A DNA stretch of 64,000 nt from Octopus sinensis (taxonomy: Eukaryota): NCBI RefSeq assembly GCF_006345805.1, contig NC_043000.1, forward strand, positions 121,768,001 to 121,832,000, given 5' to 3'. Below are positions 1 through 12,390 of the stretch, in pieces. Below the pieces are notes generated by a model. The model was not told where the DNA came from. It searched no databases and worked only from the letters and a program-made list of their open reading frames with translations. Both the position numbers and the translations under genes were made by a program. The stretch's first letter is position 1; each line of letters opens with the position of its first letter.

Positions 1-803
1 CATCTCCTCTTCTTCTGTCGTTTCTTTTTCCTTGGGTTCTCTTTGGTTTCTTCCTCTTTTGGGGCTTCCGCGACGATTTCCTTTTCTTTTTCCTTTGGTG
101 GGGGAGGGCAGTAGTAGGCTCTTATGTGACCCCTCAGGCCACACTTGTAGCACCTGGGCGCCCTACCCTCCAACCCACACTCTCATAATAATATTTCCAG
201 TTTTTATACTGTCCGTAAGCTTTTCTATAACTTCCGCCTCCGTCTGTATGTTCATTACTAGTGTGGCACCTCTCACGCCTTCATATTTCATAATGGCGTG
301 GAGGATGTCCACTTATCTTCATTTCCTTTGATAACCGCAGCCGTTATTAATTCGCCCTCTAGGTGTGGCGGTATTCCTTCCACCCTAATTCTGGTGGTCC
401 TTCTATTCAAATACGAGGGGAATAAGTAAAACTTTTCTGTACTCACCACCTTGGCTGCTATATTCCTGGCTGCTTTCTCACTTTTAAATTGTACCGTTAT
501 GGTTCCATATTCTAATCCTTTTGTCATGTACACAATTTCTTCTCCTGTCTGTTTGAAAGCCTCTTCAATTGCTTCCATGTTAATCACTTCCATTTTTCTA
601 CCTCCATTCATAAATACTTTATATTTAATGGTTCTACGATGGAACCAGTCTCCGCGCCCTGCTAGAGGCAACAGCTCAACCTCTCCGTTCTCCTCCTCCT
701 TCATGAACTCCTGGAAGTCCGTCAACTTAGCCAGGTCTATCTCTTTTTCTGTTGACTTCTTCGTTATACCTGCGTAGGTGCTTTCCATTTTTTTCACCGC
801 CAA
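1..803 (-). pseudogene. Retroelement gag/ORF1-like protein with CCHC zinc knuckle, frameshifted; 3' end runs off the window
   Basis: 171-aa ORF 288-803 (..FPSYLNRRTTRIRVEGIPP..). Downstream frames on the minus strand read RCYKCGLRGHIRAYYC at about 100-155, a zinc-knuckle-like motif. GC-richer leader at about 810-1040. A homologous fragment lies at 44185-44545. Confidence 0.7.
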
Positions 804-1044
804 CTCCTCCTCGATGTCGACGAATTTTCAGAGAAATTTCTCCCTTCCATCTCATCCGTTTGGTAGAGGCGGCTCATAGTCGCCTCAGACCGAAAAACGG
901 CCTCCCGAACAGAAAACGTGCGGCGCACAGAACCAGTGCGACGCGAAACCGCACCAACCGACGTACCAATTCCGCAACCACAATTCACTTTTTGTTCTTT
1001 TTTTCTTTTTTAACCGAATTTTACAGAGCGCAAAGAAAACGCGA

Positions 1045-1740
1045 CCTTTTTTCTCTACATTGTATACTTTATAGACAATCTTTTCTTTAATATAATTTTT
1101 TTATTATCCATCTGGACTATTCCATTTCTGCACGCTAATTTTATTTTTAATTTATTCCCATTCATGTGAAACCACTTATTCAAGTTCAAGTCATTGATGC
1201 AATTTTATACCAATTGCTATTTTTTAAACTTTTGTTATGTTACGATTATATTATACTTTAGTTTGACTTTAATTATTACTTACTACATATAATTCAATTG
1301 TTATTATTATTTTTATTCTTAAAGTGAAAGTATCTGCCATAAAATAGAGAAATGTTTTTGTTTCACTTTTAACACGTAATACTGAAATAGTGGAGAATAT
1401 ATGATATTGCTTTGGGCTCGCTCTAGGCAAGAAGTTGAACATTTTTTTGCCCATGAAACTACATTGTTCCTAAGTAAGGCATGTGTAAAATTTGAATGAA
1501 ATTGGTTGTGTAGTTTTCAAGTTTTAGGGAATCGTAGTGGAGAAAATATGATATTGCTGTGAGCTCACCCCAGGCAAAAAGTTAAATGTTTTGTCGATGA
1601 CACTCCCCGGAATCTAAGTAAGGCATGTGTAAAATTTGAATGAATTTGGTGGTATAGTCCTCACGTTTTAGGGAAACACACAAACAGACAGACAGACAAA
1701 CATTCTCAGTTTTATATATATGTATATATATATATATAGA
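1045..1740 (-). mobile_element. 5' part of a non-autonomous Helitron-type element (same family as 43546-44728)
   Basis: Reverse complement of about 1340-1715 matches 43550-43935, including the internal ~147-bp tandem duplication. The 5' end (A|TC-TATA..AAACTGAGAATGT) is embedded in (TA)n. 1045-1100 matches about 44170-44230. Confidence 0.7.
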
Positions 1741-1800
1741 TATATATATATATATGTATATATATATATGTATATATATTTACATACATATATACATTAT

Positions 1801-1831
<31 letters not shown>

Positions 1832-1861
1832 CATATATATATACACACACATATCTATATC

Positions 1862-1911
<50 letters not shown>

Positions 1912-1950
1912 TATATATATATATATGCATATATATATATATATACATAT
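1713..1950. repeat. (AT)n/(AC)n compound microsatellite, representative of dozens in the window
   Basis: Directly visible. Similar tracts at about 4790, 17860 (GATA)n, 19440, 20215 (TATC)n, 23360, 31550, 33245, 38140, 40790, 42970, 54235 and 58210. Confidence 0.95.
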
Positions 1951-2544
1951 TTGACAAATAAACACACGCATTATATATTCGTTCTTCACACTTATTCACA
2001 GTTGTTCTAACTCATGCCCGTTTTCAGCAAAACCTTCGTGGGAATAGAATAAGCAGTATAAGATAACACACGATGACATAAATTGTCACTGAGGTGGTCA
2101 CACATGTGTGACGAATGATTTCCGGACAATGGATACGAGTTAGAAAAAGAACAGTAATAAACGAGTGAAGAACAAACATATAGCGCCAAAACAATGATCA
2201 TTCGGAAATATAATACACACACACGCACACACACACACACGCACACGCACACACGCACACATACACTCACACATATATATATATATATATACACTCACGC
2301 ATATAATTTAGAGAAAAACCTCTATTAAACAATAGAGAAATAAAGAAAGATGTTATTCACTCCATATAGAAAATATATACTAAAGAAACCTTATTCTAAA
2401 AACCAATAAAGTACAATGAATTGTAAATAGTATTAAAAAGACTACGCACGTTTCATGGCTATATTTTCAAATAGATAATAATAATAAAATCAATTCGATC
2501 TAAAATTAAATCGAACTAAAACTAATTCTATTTAAAAATATGGT

Positions 2545-2735
2545 CTCTCGTTCGCTGAACCACTAAGTTACGAGGACGTAAACTCACTAATACCTGTTGT
2601 CAAGCAGTTTCAGGGGACAAGCACAGATATCATCCGTATACCAGATCCACTTACAAAGGTTTGATCAAAACGAGGCTATAGTAGAAGTCTCTTGGCGAAG
2701 GTGCAGCGCAGTACGACTAAATCTGGATCCATATC
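2545..2735 (-). mobile_element. SINE family A, degenerate partial copy
   Basis: Diverged matches to ..ctaagttacggggacgtaaac.. and ..ccaaatccactcacaaggctttggtc..gaggctatagtagaagacac.. Confidence 0.6.
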
Positions 2736-2949
2736 ATTGTGAATCAAACGTCTTACCAGACCCACAAATTGTACCTGTCTTAAGACAATATCATATGATT
2801 CAATCATATATTATCATAATATAGCAAATCATAGATGGATTGCAGGGGCGTATGTAGATTCTATAATAAGCGATATGATGTCCAGTAAAGGAACATTCAG
2901 TGACACATCTTTACAGTGAACGAGGGAAGGAGAGGAGAGAGGGAGAGAA

Positions 2950-2992
<43 letters not shown>

Positions 2993-4784
2993 ACAGACAG
3001 ACTGACTGAGAGTTCTGTGGCAAAAATGTTAAATGGTTACATGATTTCTCATGAATATTTAATACATGGCAAATTGAATTTGGGATAACGTTTTCCCATC
3101 TTGTATATTACTGTAAGTGATGAGATACAAGTTGTCCATATTGCCGTAATACAAATATTGTACATATTTGTTTCGCAACAATAAATAGATAATATGTAGA
3201 GATTAAAAAGAATCATACATTATGATAATATATACATATACTTGTTGTCCCTTGGCAAGTTTATTATTATAATTAGTTATTATATATATAATGTGTGCTA
3301 CAAAGACACGAAATAACGTCAACAAATAAAATTAATCACTAGTAACATTATGACGGTTATGGCTTTAACAGCGGAGAAATTAAGTCGATATAAAGTGTCG
3401 TATACAACCAGTATGTGAGCAGCCGATATATATACAAACTACTAAAATACTTTTAGAAGAAACGAACCTGAACCATGGGTGTAATTGAGTGTATTTTATA
3501 ACCTTTTCCGCTCCATCTCTTCTCATGATATCAAACGCTATGATGGGGATGCTGCCGAATCTACTCGTAAATTTATCAATGCGCTACTGATAAATCGCCA
3601 TTTGCATTTCCATGCAATAAATGTGACTCCATAGAAATAATTTCATTTGCTGCCGTATTCCTGCTAATGTTGTCGTTGTTACAGCTGAGTTTCTATTCGA
3701 GCCTGTGGTTATTAAAAAGCTCATAAAGTATTTATGGCAGTCTTATGAAATTGGTTTATGATCACTGCTATGCTTTCCTAAACCATCTTATAAAATATAG
3801 CTTTATTCGGATCAAAATGTATTCAACATTTTAATGGCTGCCATATTTCGCCCAATGGATATCGATGGGCTTTCATTCGTGCTGACACCTTTTTAGACTT
3901 TTGCTAAATCGCTACCAATCAATATCCTATCGATCGGGTCGGCTGTTAAGGATGTGTTCAAGCTTAAACAGGAGCCGAAAGTAAAACTGACAATATTTAT
4001 TTGACACGATTTATTATACACACCTTTACAAATACGCCATTGTAATCCATCTCTACAGATGAAATGCGTGTTTCAAGTCCGTCATGCACTTTTCTCATTC
4101 ATTGCTATATTAATGGATTTTCTACCAATATGCCAAGCTCTTCAAAACTTTATCAAAGAGAGTAATTGTCTATGATGATACTTGGCAACTGAGAACCTGA
4201 TATTACGAAGGGTATGCAATTAGCAGTTGCAATCTAGTCTACATAATCCCTGTGCAATAAACATATCTCTACTTTCCATTACATCGTTTAATTTGTAACA
4301 TTTCTATTTGGCTTCTTTCTTGTGAATTCACAATTATAATATTTAATGGAATTCTTCAGAGTGAATATTCACTCTATAAGAGGACAATGTCGACGAACTT
4401 GTATAGGCACTGTCGTTCCAAACTTATACCCACACGCACACTCACACTTCGATACTAACTCTAATTTACATTCACATATGGTTTCTAATGTCCACATCCG
4501 CATCTGGCTGAAACGCTAGTACAAAATGCAGGACATTATTCCCAATATGAAGCAACTTGCCGTGAGTGAGCATTGTGATTTTCAATACTTACGCAAATAT
4601 GCTACAACTTACAACTTACACGCTAACATAACACATATGCACACATTCAAACGCAAGGCCACGCAATATTCGAACAGTAAACGCTACTAGTTGTCCTAAC
4701 ACTCCATCTTAGAACAGATAACGCTACTCTGCCACATTCCACTTATTCTCAGTATATATTTATCCCTCATAAGGCAATTGACCG

Positions 4785-4885
<101 letters not shown>

Positions 4886-5314
4886 ATTTGTCAGGAAGGT
4901 GAGGGTGCGTATTAGAAATTCTACTGCATGATATTCTGCACTAGCATGTGTTAGAGGAAATTCATTGAAGCATAAACTTACTTTCTATGGACGGGTGCTC
5001 TTCATATTACCAAGCATCACCTGCCTCTGAGTTAGATATACATCTCCTTGTCCTTCGTAAACAAACAACCAATGGCCGGCCGTGTTTCACGGAAGATTAA
5101 CGATATAAAAAACAACGTTCTAATATAACTGGTCGCCAGATTTGCAATCAGAGCGATGAGCAAGGACACAAAGTTACACACACGTTATTACACGCAGGAA
5201 GATACTTACAAATGCAAGCACACACACTTGCATACACACACGCGCACATACACACACACATACACATATACACACATCCACAGTCACATAGATACACACA
5301 TATGCACACGCACG

Positions 5315-5351
<37 letters not shown>

Positions 5352-5567
5352 TTCTTTACTACCCAGAAGGTATTAAACATAGAGAGGACAAACAAGGTCA
5401 GACAAAGGGATTAAGTCGATTACATCGACCCCAGTGCGAAACTGGTACTTTATTTATCGACCCCGAAAGGATGAAAGGGAAAGTCGACCTCGGCGGAATT
5501 TGAACTCAGAACGTAACGACAGACGAAATACTGCTCGGCACGCTAACTTTTCTGCCAGCTCGCTACC
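5352..5567 (-). mobile_element. tRNA-derived SINE family B
   Basis: Reverse complement of the GGCGGCGAGCTGGCAGAAACGTTAGC..GAGTTCAAATTCCGCCGAGGTCGAC.. consensus seen in the other copies. Confidence 0.9.
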
Positions 5568-6015
5568 TTTCATACATATTTACATATAAACACATAAACT
5601 GTCACCCGTACACTTACTGTGTACAACAGTAAAGATAATATCGCAATGAGATTGTAATTTCTCCATTTTAACCAGGGATTGATATGGGGAAAATAACCTA
5701 AGTAAATAGAAACATATAAAAGAAATACTCATCATATCCGCATAAAATTTATCATGGGTACATATCCTGCAAGGTAGAGAAAGCATTGGCAGGAACTGTA
5801 GCCTGATCTGGAATTGTTATTAATACAACACATTTCACCTACAAAGCTATGTCTTTGCTCTTAGAACTGGAAATAGGTACAAGATATCTGATCAACAATA
5901 TAGATAATGGTGTCTCTACCTTTACACTCTAAGATAGAAAATGACGTGTGTGTCTAACCAGTGTTGAAGATATCACTCATAAAACCAGTAGCTGTCCAGA
6001 TATATCCGAAGATAC

Positions 6016-6252
6016 GGCGGCGAGCTGGCAGAAACGTTAGCACGCCGGGCGAAATGCTTAGCGGTATTTCATCTGTCCTTACGTTCTGAGTTCAAATTCC
6101 GCCGAGGTAGACTTTGCCCTTCACCCTTTCGGAGTCGATTAAATAAGTACCATTTACGCACTGGGGTCGATGTAATCGACTTAATACCTTTGTCTGTCCT
6201 TGTTTGCCCCCTCTATGTTTAGCCCCTGGAGGGGCGGCAGTAAAGAAATAAG
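6016..6252 (+). mobile_element. tRNA-derived SINE family B
   Basis: Full copy with A-box-like (GAGCTGGCAGAA) and B-box-like (GAGTTCAAATTCC) motifs; ends ..GTAAAGAAATA. Confidence 0.9.
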
Positions 6253-7644
6253 ATATATCTGAAGACTACATTTCCGTGAGACACGACATTGTCGATAGAA
6301 TGGTTTGCAATAATTGTTCCTGGAATAATTGTTATGACTGCCATACGAAACAGCACATGAAGACCAGTAAGTGCTCACACCTTTTAAAATACAGAATACT
6401 GATGGGATGATCTAAAAACACAGAAATCCGTTTCAAACATTCCAGGATAGATACAGTTGGATTAGACAGACAGATAAAGTCGTGTGCCATTTTATAGGTA
6501 AGATGCTGAGCGAATGTGAATTTTTTCTCCAGAAAATGAGGAACAGGAGAACATGTATGGGAAAAAATGAGAAACATAGATTATAAATAACCTACAGATT
6601 TTCCTTCATTCCTACTGTTATAGGTGCGATGCACTATGCAAGAACGTGATGCGCATCGAAAACTGAAATTACAAGGGTTCTGCAAGAACGAAAATTGCAG
6701 TTCTGTTCACATTTTCAAGGGTTCAGACTATCAGAAGAACAGCTGAAATTTATAAAACATTTCTGCGATTCCTCATATGAGGTCCTGCTTCAACGTGTTC
6801 ACAAGATCACATACACATGTGAAAACCCTAAGAGTAAACACTCATAAACAGTAATCAAAAATATATACTGGTATATATACGCACAAATACACACAGACAA
6901 ATACACAACCATACATTAACCAATACAGCCAACCACAGACCCTCAAGCGTTGTTCGAATTAAGGAAATGGCCCTTGCCATTTGGTGACCCGCTTTAATTC
7001 TGGAAAATATAGAACTGAAAATAAAAGCCATGAAAACATGCATACAATAGCAATAGTTCATACGCAAAATATAAACATCTTGTTTAATTGCATTCATCCA
7101 AAACCATTGTGTAATAAGCATATCATCTGAGCAAAATAAGCAGCTATGAACAAAATAGTAGAATGTGGGGATACGCCGAACAATTGTTGATCAACAAAAC
7201 TGTAACAGCAACTGTAATAGGGGAAACTGGTTTCACTATGGCTGGGCTATAAAAAACCATATGACACAGTTCCCCGTTCTTATACGCTTGAGGTCTTTCA
7301 ACTTGTTACATTTTCAAAACGAATAATGAAAGCCATCGATGGCCTAAATTCATCCAAGTCTACGACCTTGAAGCTAAAGAGAAGATGCAATTGTATTATC
7401 GTTAACGGTATACAATATCCAACTGTTTATAGATATAGCAATATTTGCTGTACGCTGTTTTGATCTATTACAGTAGGAGCTTGTCTAATGAGCATTGATA
7501 TCTAAAATCTCCGCTTCAATTTGAAATCAAGTTGAAACGAAATATATACATCCATCCATCCATTCATCCATACAAACATACATACATACATATATACATA
7601 CATACATATATATGTAAATATATATATATATATATATATATATC

Positions 7645-7780
7645 ACCGTGATCACCGTGATCGACCAGGCTGTCAGATGTTGCTGCACATTGCTGGTCAC
7701 AAATGATGCGACCCCACTGGCTAAGCGAGCAGGCCAACAGAAAAATTAGTGAGAGAAAGTTGTGGCGAAGGAGTACAGCT
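7645..7780 (-). mobile_element. Fragment related to the SINE family C body
   Basis: Shares GTGAGAGAAAGTTGTGGCGAA..GAGT with 36234-36262. Confidence 0.4.
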
Positions 7781-7859
7781 TCCATTTTCAGTATTTAAGG
7801 ATAAAGCAAATATTGCAGTATATATGATATTTCAGTGAAGATATCGGTAAATACACTAC

Positions 7860-8215
7860 TTGTGGTTTGGGAATTGTGTGGAGAAAGGGTTTAAAAATCT
7901 AGCACAAACAGAGAAGCAGCATCATTTGTAGCCAACTGTATTTGGGATAAATGCATATAAGCATGAAGAGGCTCAGTTAAACATTTAAATATGAACTTGA
8001 TCACCAACAGCAACGCTTATAAAAGAGCATCGTTAGATACGCTTAATATGATAGAAAACTCATTTAAACGTCCCACCAAACACATAGCGGACAAAAGAGA
8101 CGTGTTCTCTGTGATGGAATTCAAATGGAAGCAACAGCAATCCATTGTCAAAGATCGAGACAGATGGAAACCATTTGTTGTTACAATGTACCTCACGTTG
8201 AGTGAAAGGAAGAAG
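7860..8215 (+). mobile_element. RTE-clade LINE 3' fragment, decayed
   Basis: Translation ..RPTKH..FKWKQQQSIVKDRDRWKPFVVTMY.. resembles the RTE ORF2 C-terminus (..DR..W+..V.ALC). Confidence 0.55.
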
Positions 8216-8619
8216 AATCCATCTGCGCTTTGTAGTGTTTCCGTCTGGTATATCTTTGGTCATAGATCTACTCTGTAAAGGTTGGTCAGGCATAAAACAA
8301 CAAGAACAACATCAATAAAAATTATTAGCGGATGGGTGAGCGTTACAAGTGTAATATATTTATCTGCTTGGCGTAGCAACCAACATAAAGCAGCTGTCTT
8401 GCAATGGAAGGAAGCGTTGCATAATGTAATTCTAAATGCATTATGAATGAAATGAATCGTGCTATGAATTGTGATGGTTGGAATACGTTTGAGTATTTTT
8501 CCGCTCAATGAAACCTCGATTGAGCCAAATAACAACGGTCTCTGAAATACTAATGCTAATAATAATAATAATGTACTAGATACGATACAACACACAAATG
8601 AAAGAGAAGTTAAAAAGAG

Positions 8620-9630
8620 AATGCTACAGACGTGTCAGATTAATACCGAAAACAGAGCTCAATGTGAAAAACAAAATAATAGGTATCAACACTCTAGCCG
8701 ACCTACTTACAATTTACAGCTACAATATTCTTAACCTGACTCTAATGAACTAATTAGAATAGAAAGTAAACTAAGAAAAATGTTGACAGGATTTAGAATG
8801 CGCCACCCAAAATCTGACATAGAAAGCTATATATTCAACGTATCGAAAGTGTTAGAGGCCTTTACAGCTAGAAAACTTTTGCAAAATAACCACCATATGA
8901 CTATAGAAATATTTACTTCAGAAGCAAAGGCAGCTAATACAAATAGCTACAACATACTAAGAAAAAAACTGTTTTCCGTTTTGAAGGAAGCTGGGAAATA
9001 CAGAAAATAAGTCATAGTACCTAACAACTATGAGGAAATAGAAGAAACTACAAACGCTGTAAAACAACTGAAATCAAAACTAAGACAGCAATGGATCATG
9101 ATAAAACAATGGCAAGAATGGCCCCTTCGTGGCAAATATTGGGTTAAAGTAAAGGCGAAAGAAATCGACAAAGCAAAACCTCAACAATGACTGAGAAGCT
9201 CAGGACTAAGAGTAGATATTGAAAGATTATTAAATTGCAGCACAAGGCTCTCCACCTGAAATTACTAAAAACTTACAGTGAAAACAAATACAACATGAAA
9301 CTTCAGAATATGTGGAGAGGGAGAAGGAACAATAAATCATATTATCTCTGGTTTCTCAATCCTGGCTAAGACGGAATATATTCTCAGACCAGACAGAGTT
9401 GGAACCTATATACACTGGAAGCTATGCCAACAATATGGAATAACAAAAGAAAAAAGATGGTATAGGCACGCGCCAGAATAAATATAAAGATGGTATAGGC
9501 ACCGCAAATATCCTACGTAACATGATTTCAATATAGTGAAAGTAACTGCGCCACAACAAACGGCAGCACGTATCCAAGGTACACAGAGTTGCGTTTGACA
9601 ATGCAGTGAAAGCTGCTTTCGACTACTAAA
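8620..9630 (+). mobile_element. R4/Dong-like non-LTR retrotransposon 3' remnant
   Basis: Frameshifted translation RRVRLIPKTEL..GINTLA..RHPKSDIE..W..GKYW..CGEGEGTINHIISG..LAKTEYI.R.DRVGTYIHWKLCQQYGI..WYRH, typical of R4/Dong ORFs. Flanked by (TAA)n. Confidence 0.8.
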
Positions 9631-9871
9631 TAATAATAGTAATAATAATAAGAATATTAAAAGTAATAATAATAATAATGATAATAATAATAATAATGAT
9701 AATAATAATAATAATAAGAAGAAGAAGAAGAGAAGAAAAAGAAGAAGAATAGTAAATATAATAATGTCAATAATAATAATAGTTATTATAACAATAATAA
9801 TAACAACAAAATACTACTAATACTACCACAAATTATCATCATCATCATCATCATCATCATCATTATTATTA

Positions 9872-9912
<41 letters not shown>

Positions 9913-9925
9913 GTCATTTTTATTA
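9630..9925. repeat. Compound trinucleotide microsatellite (TAA)n/(GAA)n/(CAT)n/(TAT)n
   Basis: Directly visible. Confidence 0.9.
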
Positions 9926-10329
9926 TATTATCATCATTGTGAAAGCATCAATATGTAGCTTTATAATAGCTGTCGTAACTCCATATCTGTTAATACGTTT
10001 TGGTGATGTAATAATTCTGAAATTCTAAGATATTTTAAATCATTCAGAAACTTACAATATGTCCGGTGCTGATTGTCCTCCTCTTTGTGGGGCTATATTT
10101 ATATCGTCATTATTTGAGAAATTCTAAAGAGTTTATCTGTGAAGCCAATTGTAAGTTTAACGTCAGGCACTTTCTATCTGAAAGTTCCTGTGGCTGCCCT
10201 TGTTATGCGTGTCCAATATACTGATGCGTTTGTTGTTGCTAAAACTAATTTATAGAGGATTTGAAATGAATATTTCGCTTTTGGATTTGGTTTGCAAGAT
10301 TCTTTATATGAGTTCGTGTGTTGAAGCAT

Positions 10330-10717
10330 ATTCTGTTGTGTCTGGGGTGAGTTATTTTCTTTTTGTGCCTTATAATGTAACACACTCACCGATAAAATTT
10401 CCACTTATTTCTTCTTTTTATTTTCCTAAAATTTTCATTGCGTCTTGCAACCTTTACAATAGTCTTGACCATATCCGTTATTTACACTGCGTTCCCTTTT
10501 GTTTGTTTGTGTGCACGTACATGCGCACAATCAAACAAAAGGGAACGCAGTGTAAATAACGGACAGAGTCAAGACTATAACGGACTATTGCAAAGGTGGC
10601 AAGACGCAACGAAAATTTTAGAAAAATAAAAATAAGAAATAAGTGGAAATTTTACCGGTGAGTGTGTTAAATTATAAGGCACAAAAATAAATTTACTCTC
10701 CCCAGACACAACAGAAT
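10330..10717. repeat. Fold-back element, ~186-bp inverted arms with a 6-nt loop
   Basis: 10330-10515 is the reverse complement of 10522-10717 at roughly 85-90% identity, with one ~10-nt indel. Confidence 0.9.
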
Positions 10718-11639
10718 CCAAATGAATATATACAGCAGAAATTCGTGCCAGTAGAATACTGATGTATTTACATAATAATAGCGGATGTTAATCAATCTGA
10801 TTCATAATTCCTCAACAAATATACTTAATTGTTTACAGCAACAACAATTAATGAAATTTTACAATTATGTTAAGAGTATCCTCAGCAAAATTCGAGAAGG
10901 CATTAAACAAAACAATAAAAAAAGCTATTAAAATATTTATTATTAAATAAGCAATTATCGCAAATGCAGTAAAAATATTTTCGCAAGAATGCTTCAAAAA
11001 TATATTATAACAATACCCATCATAATGTTAGGTTAAATTTCCAATTTTCAGTCGGTCTTTCATGATTATTATTTCTTTCACATTATTTTAGAACAATAGT
11101 TATGAAAATAGAATAAAAAGATTTGTTAATTATTCACAGCTGGTTTATAATTGGTATTGTCTAATGTCAATTTGAAATAAAATTAAAATGTGTATAGTTT
11201 CTTGCATACCTACAGGTGGGTACTACGTTTCAGCGCTACAAATAAACTTTTATTTCCACTACTAAGATTTTAAATTTTGTTTTGAAATGAGAAATATTTA
11301 AGCTGCAAATATAAGAAGCACATTATTCAGTATTTTGTAAAGACGAAAAGGTTTTCGGCACAGTGGTTGCAGCACAAATATAAACAATGGCTTGCCACCA
11401 AACACAAGTAAATTAAAAAGAAAAACACCCATCAACATAACATTAAAAGAGATAAACAGATGTTTAAGAATACAAGTAGCTAACAAACAGCGTGCTTGGG
11501 TACCAAAGACAGCAAACGAACGGAAAACAAAATCGTTGGAAGACAATCATAACATGATTATTTTTTGTCGTTTGGTCTTACAAACTTTTGATAGGAAAAA
11601 ATTAGGAAGAGTTTGGTTATGAGTTACTCTGCCTGTGAT

Positions 11640-11862
11640 GGCGGTGATTGGCAGAATCGTTAGCACACCGGGCGAAATATTTAGCGGTATATCGTCTGCC
11701 GTTACGTTCTGAGTTCAAACTCCGCCGAGGTCGACTTTGCCTTTCATCCTTTCGGGGTCGATAAATTAATTACCAGTTATGCACTGGGGTCGATATAATC
11801 GACTTCATCCCTTTGTCTATTTTTGTCTGTCCCCTCTATGTTTAGCCCTCTGTGGACAATGA
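11640..11862 (+). mobile_element. tRNA-derived SINE family B
   Basis: Matches the family B consensus. Confidence 0.88.
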
Positions 11863-12159
11863 ATAAATTGGTTTCTCTGCCTCACATTTTCGCTACTTTA
11901 TGCAAATGTAGAGCAGGAAGCTATTTCGTTTATAAAAAAAACTTCCTGTTTTTCTTTTATTTTTCTTCTGTCACTTCAGTAAGTATTGAACAGCCATGCC
12001 AAGCACCGCTGAATTAAGTTATACCAACAGTTTTTACTTACGAAAGCAGGAAATGGATAGGGCATGTTAAGTGCAGCATACATCATCACTGCTACGTTGA
12101 ACATATGGAATAATGCTTCACATCTGTGCTTAGAGATAGCAAAGTAGTCCCCGAAACAG

Positions 12160-12390
12160 ATCTAAATTTCAGGGATAGAAAGAATAACAGACGGAACATT
12201 AACCGGGATAACAAAGAGCCCCCATGGCCAATTAATGCATCGTAATGGTGATTTTGAATGTACAGAACGCCAGCTGTGACAGGCTGATGGAAACCTAGAA
12301 ACTCTAACTATTGTTGCCCAGGAACAAACTATTAGAACGAAGTTGCTGAAGACTATAAATGATAAAACGCATTTAAAGTGAAACATTAGA
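12160..12390 (+). mobile_element. R4/Dong-like LINE fragment, highly decayed
   Basis: Translation ..KSPHGQL..GNLETLTIVAQEQTIRTK.. resembles the R4/Dong motif ..PLHGQ..LK.ETE..I.AAQEQA.RT.. Confidence 0.5.

Noticed and set aside
1712-2294. ORFs rich in [16 protein letters not shown], here and at dozens of other positions
   Set aside because: Translations of microsatellites or SINE interiors, with no protein-like complexity.
3350-4300. Possible hAT transposase remnant on the minus strand (..AAHILVVYDTL..)
   Set aside because: Many stops and only vague motif resemblance; needs a translated search.
5700-5880. Weak piggyBac-like remnant (YI..PAR..), with a similar stretch at about 32550-32680
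   Set aside because: Too degenerate to call by eye.
10640-10700. Second hammerhead-like string (CCGGTGAGTGTG..CACAAAA) in the 10.3-kb fold-back
   Set aside because: Neither CUGANGA nor GAAA is intact, and there is no compensating pattern.
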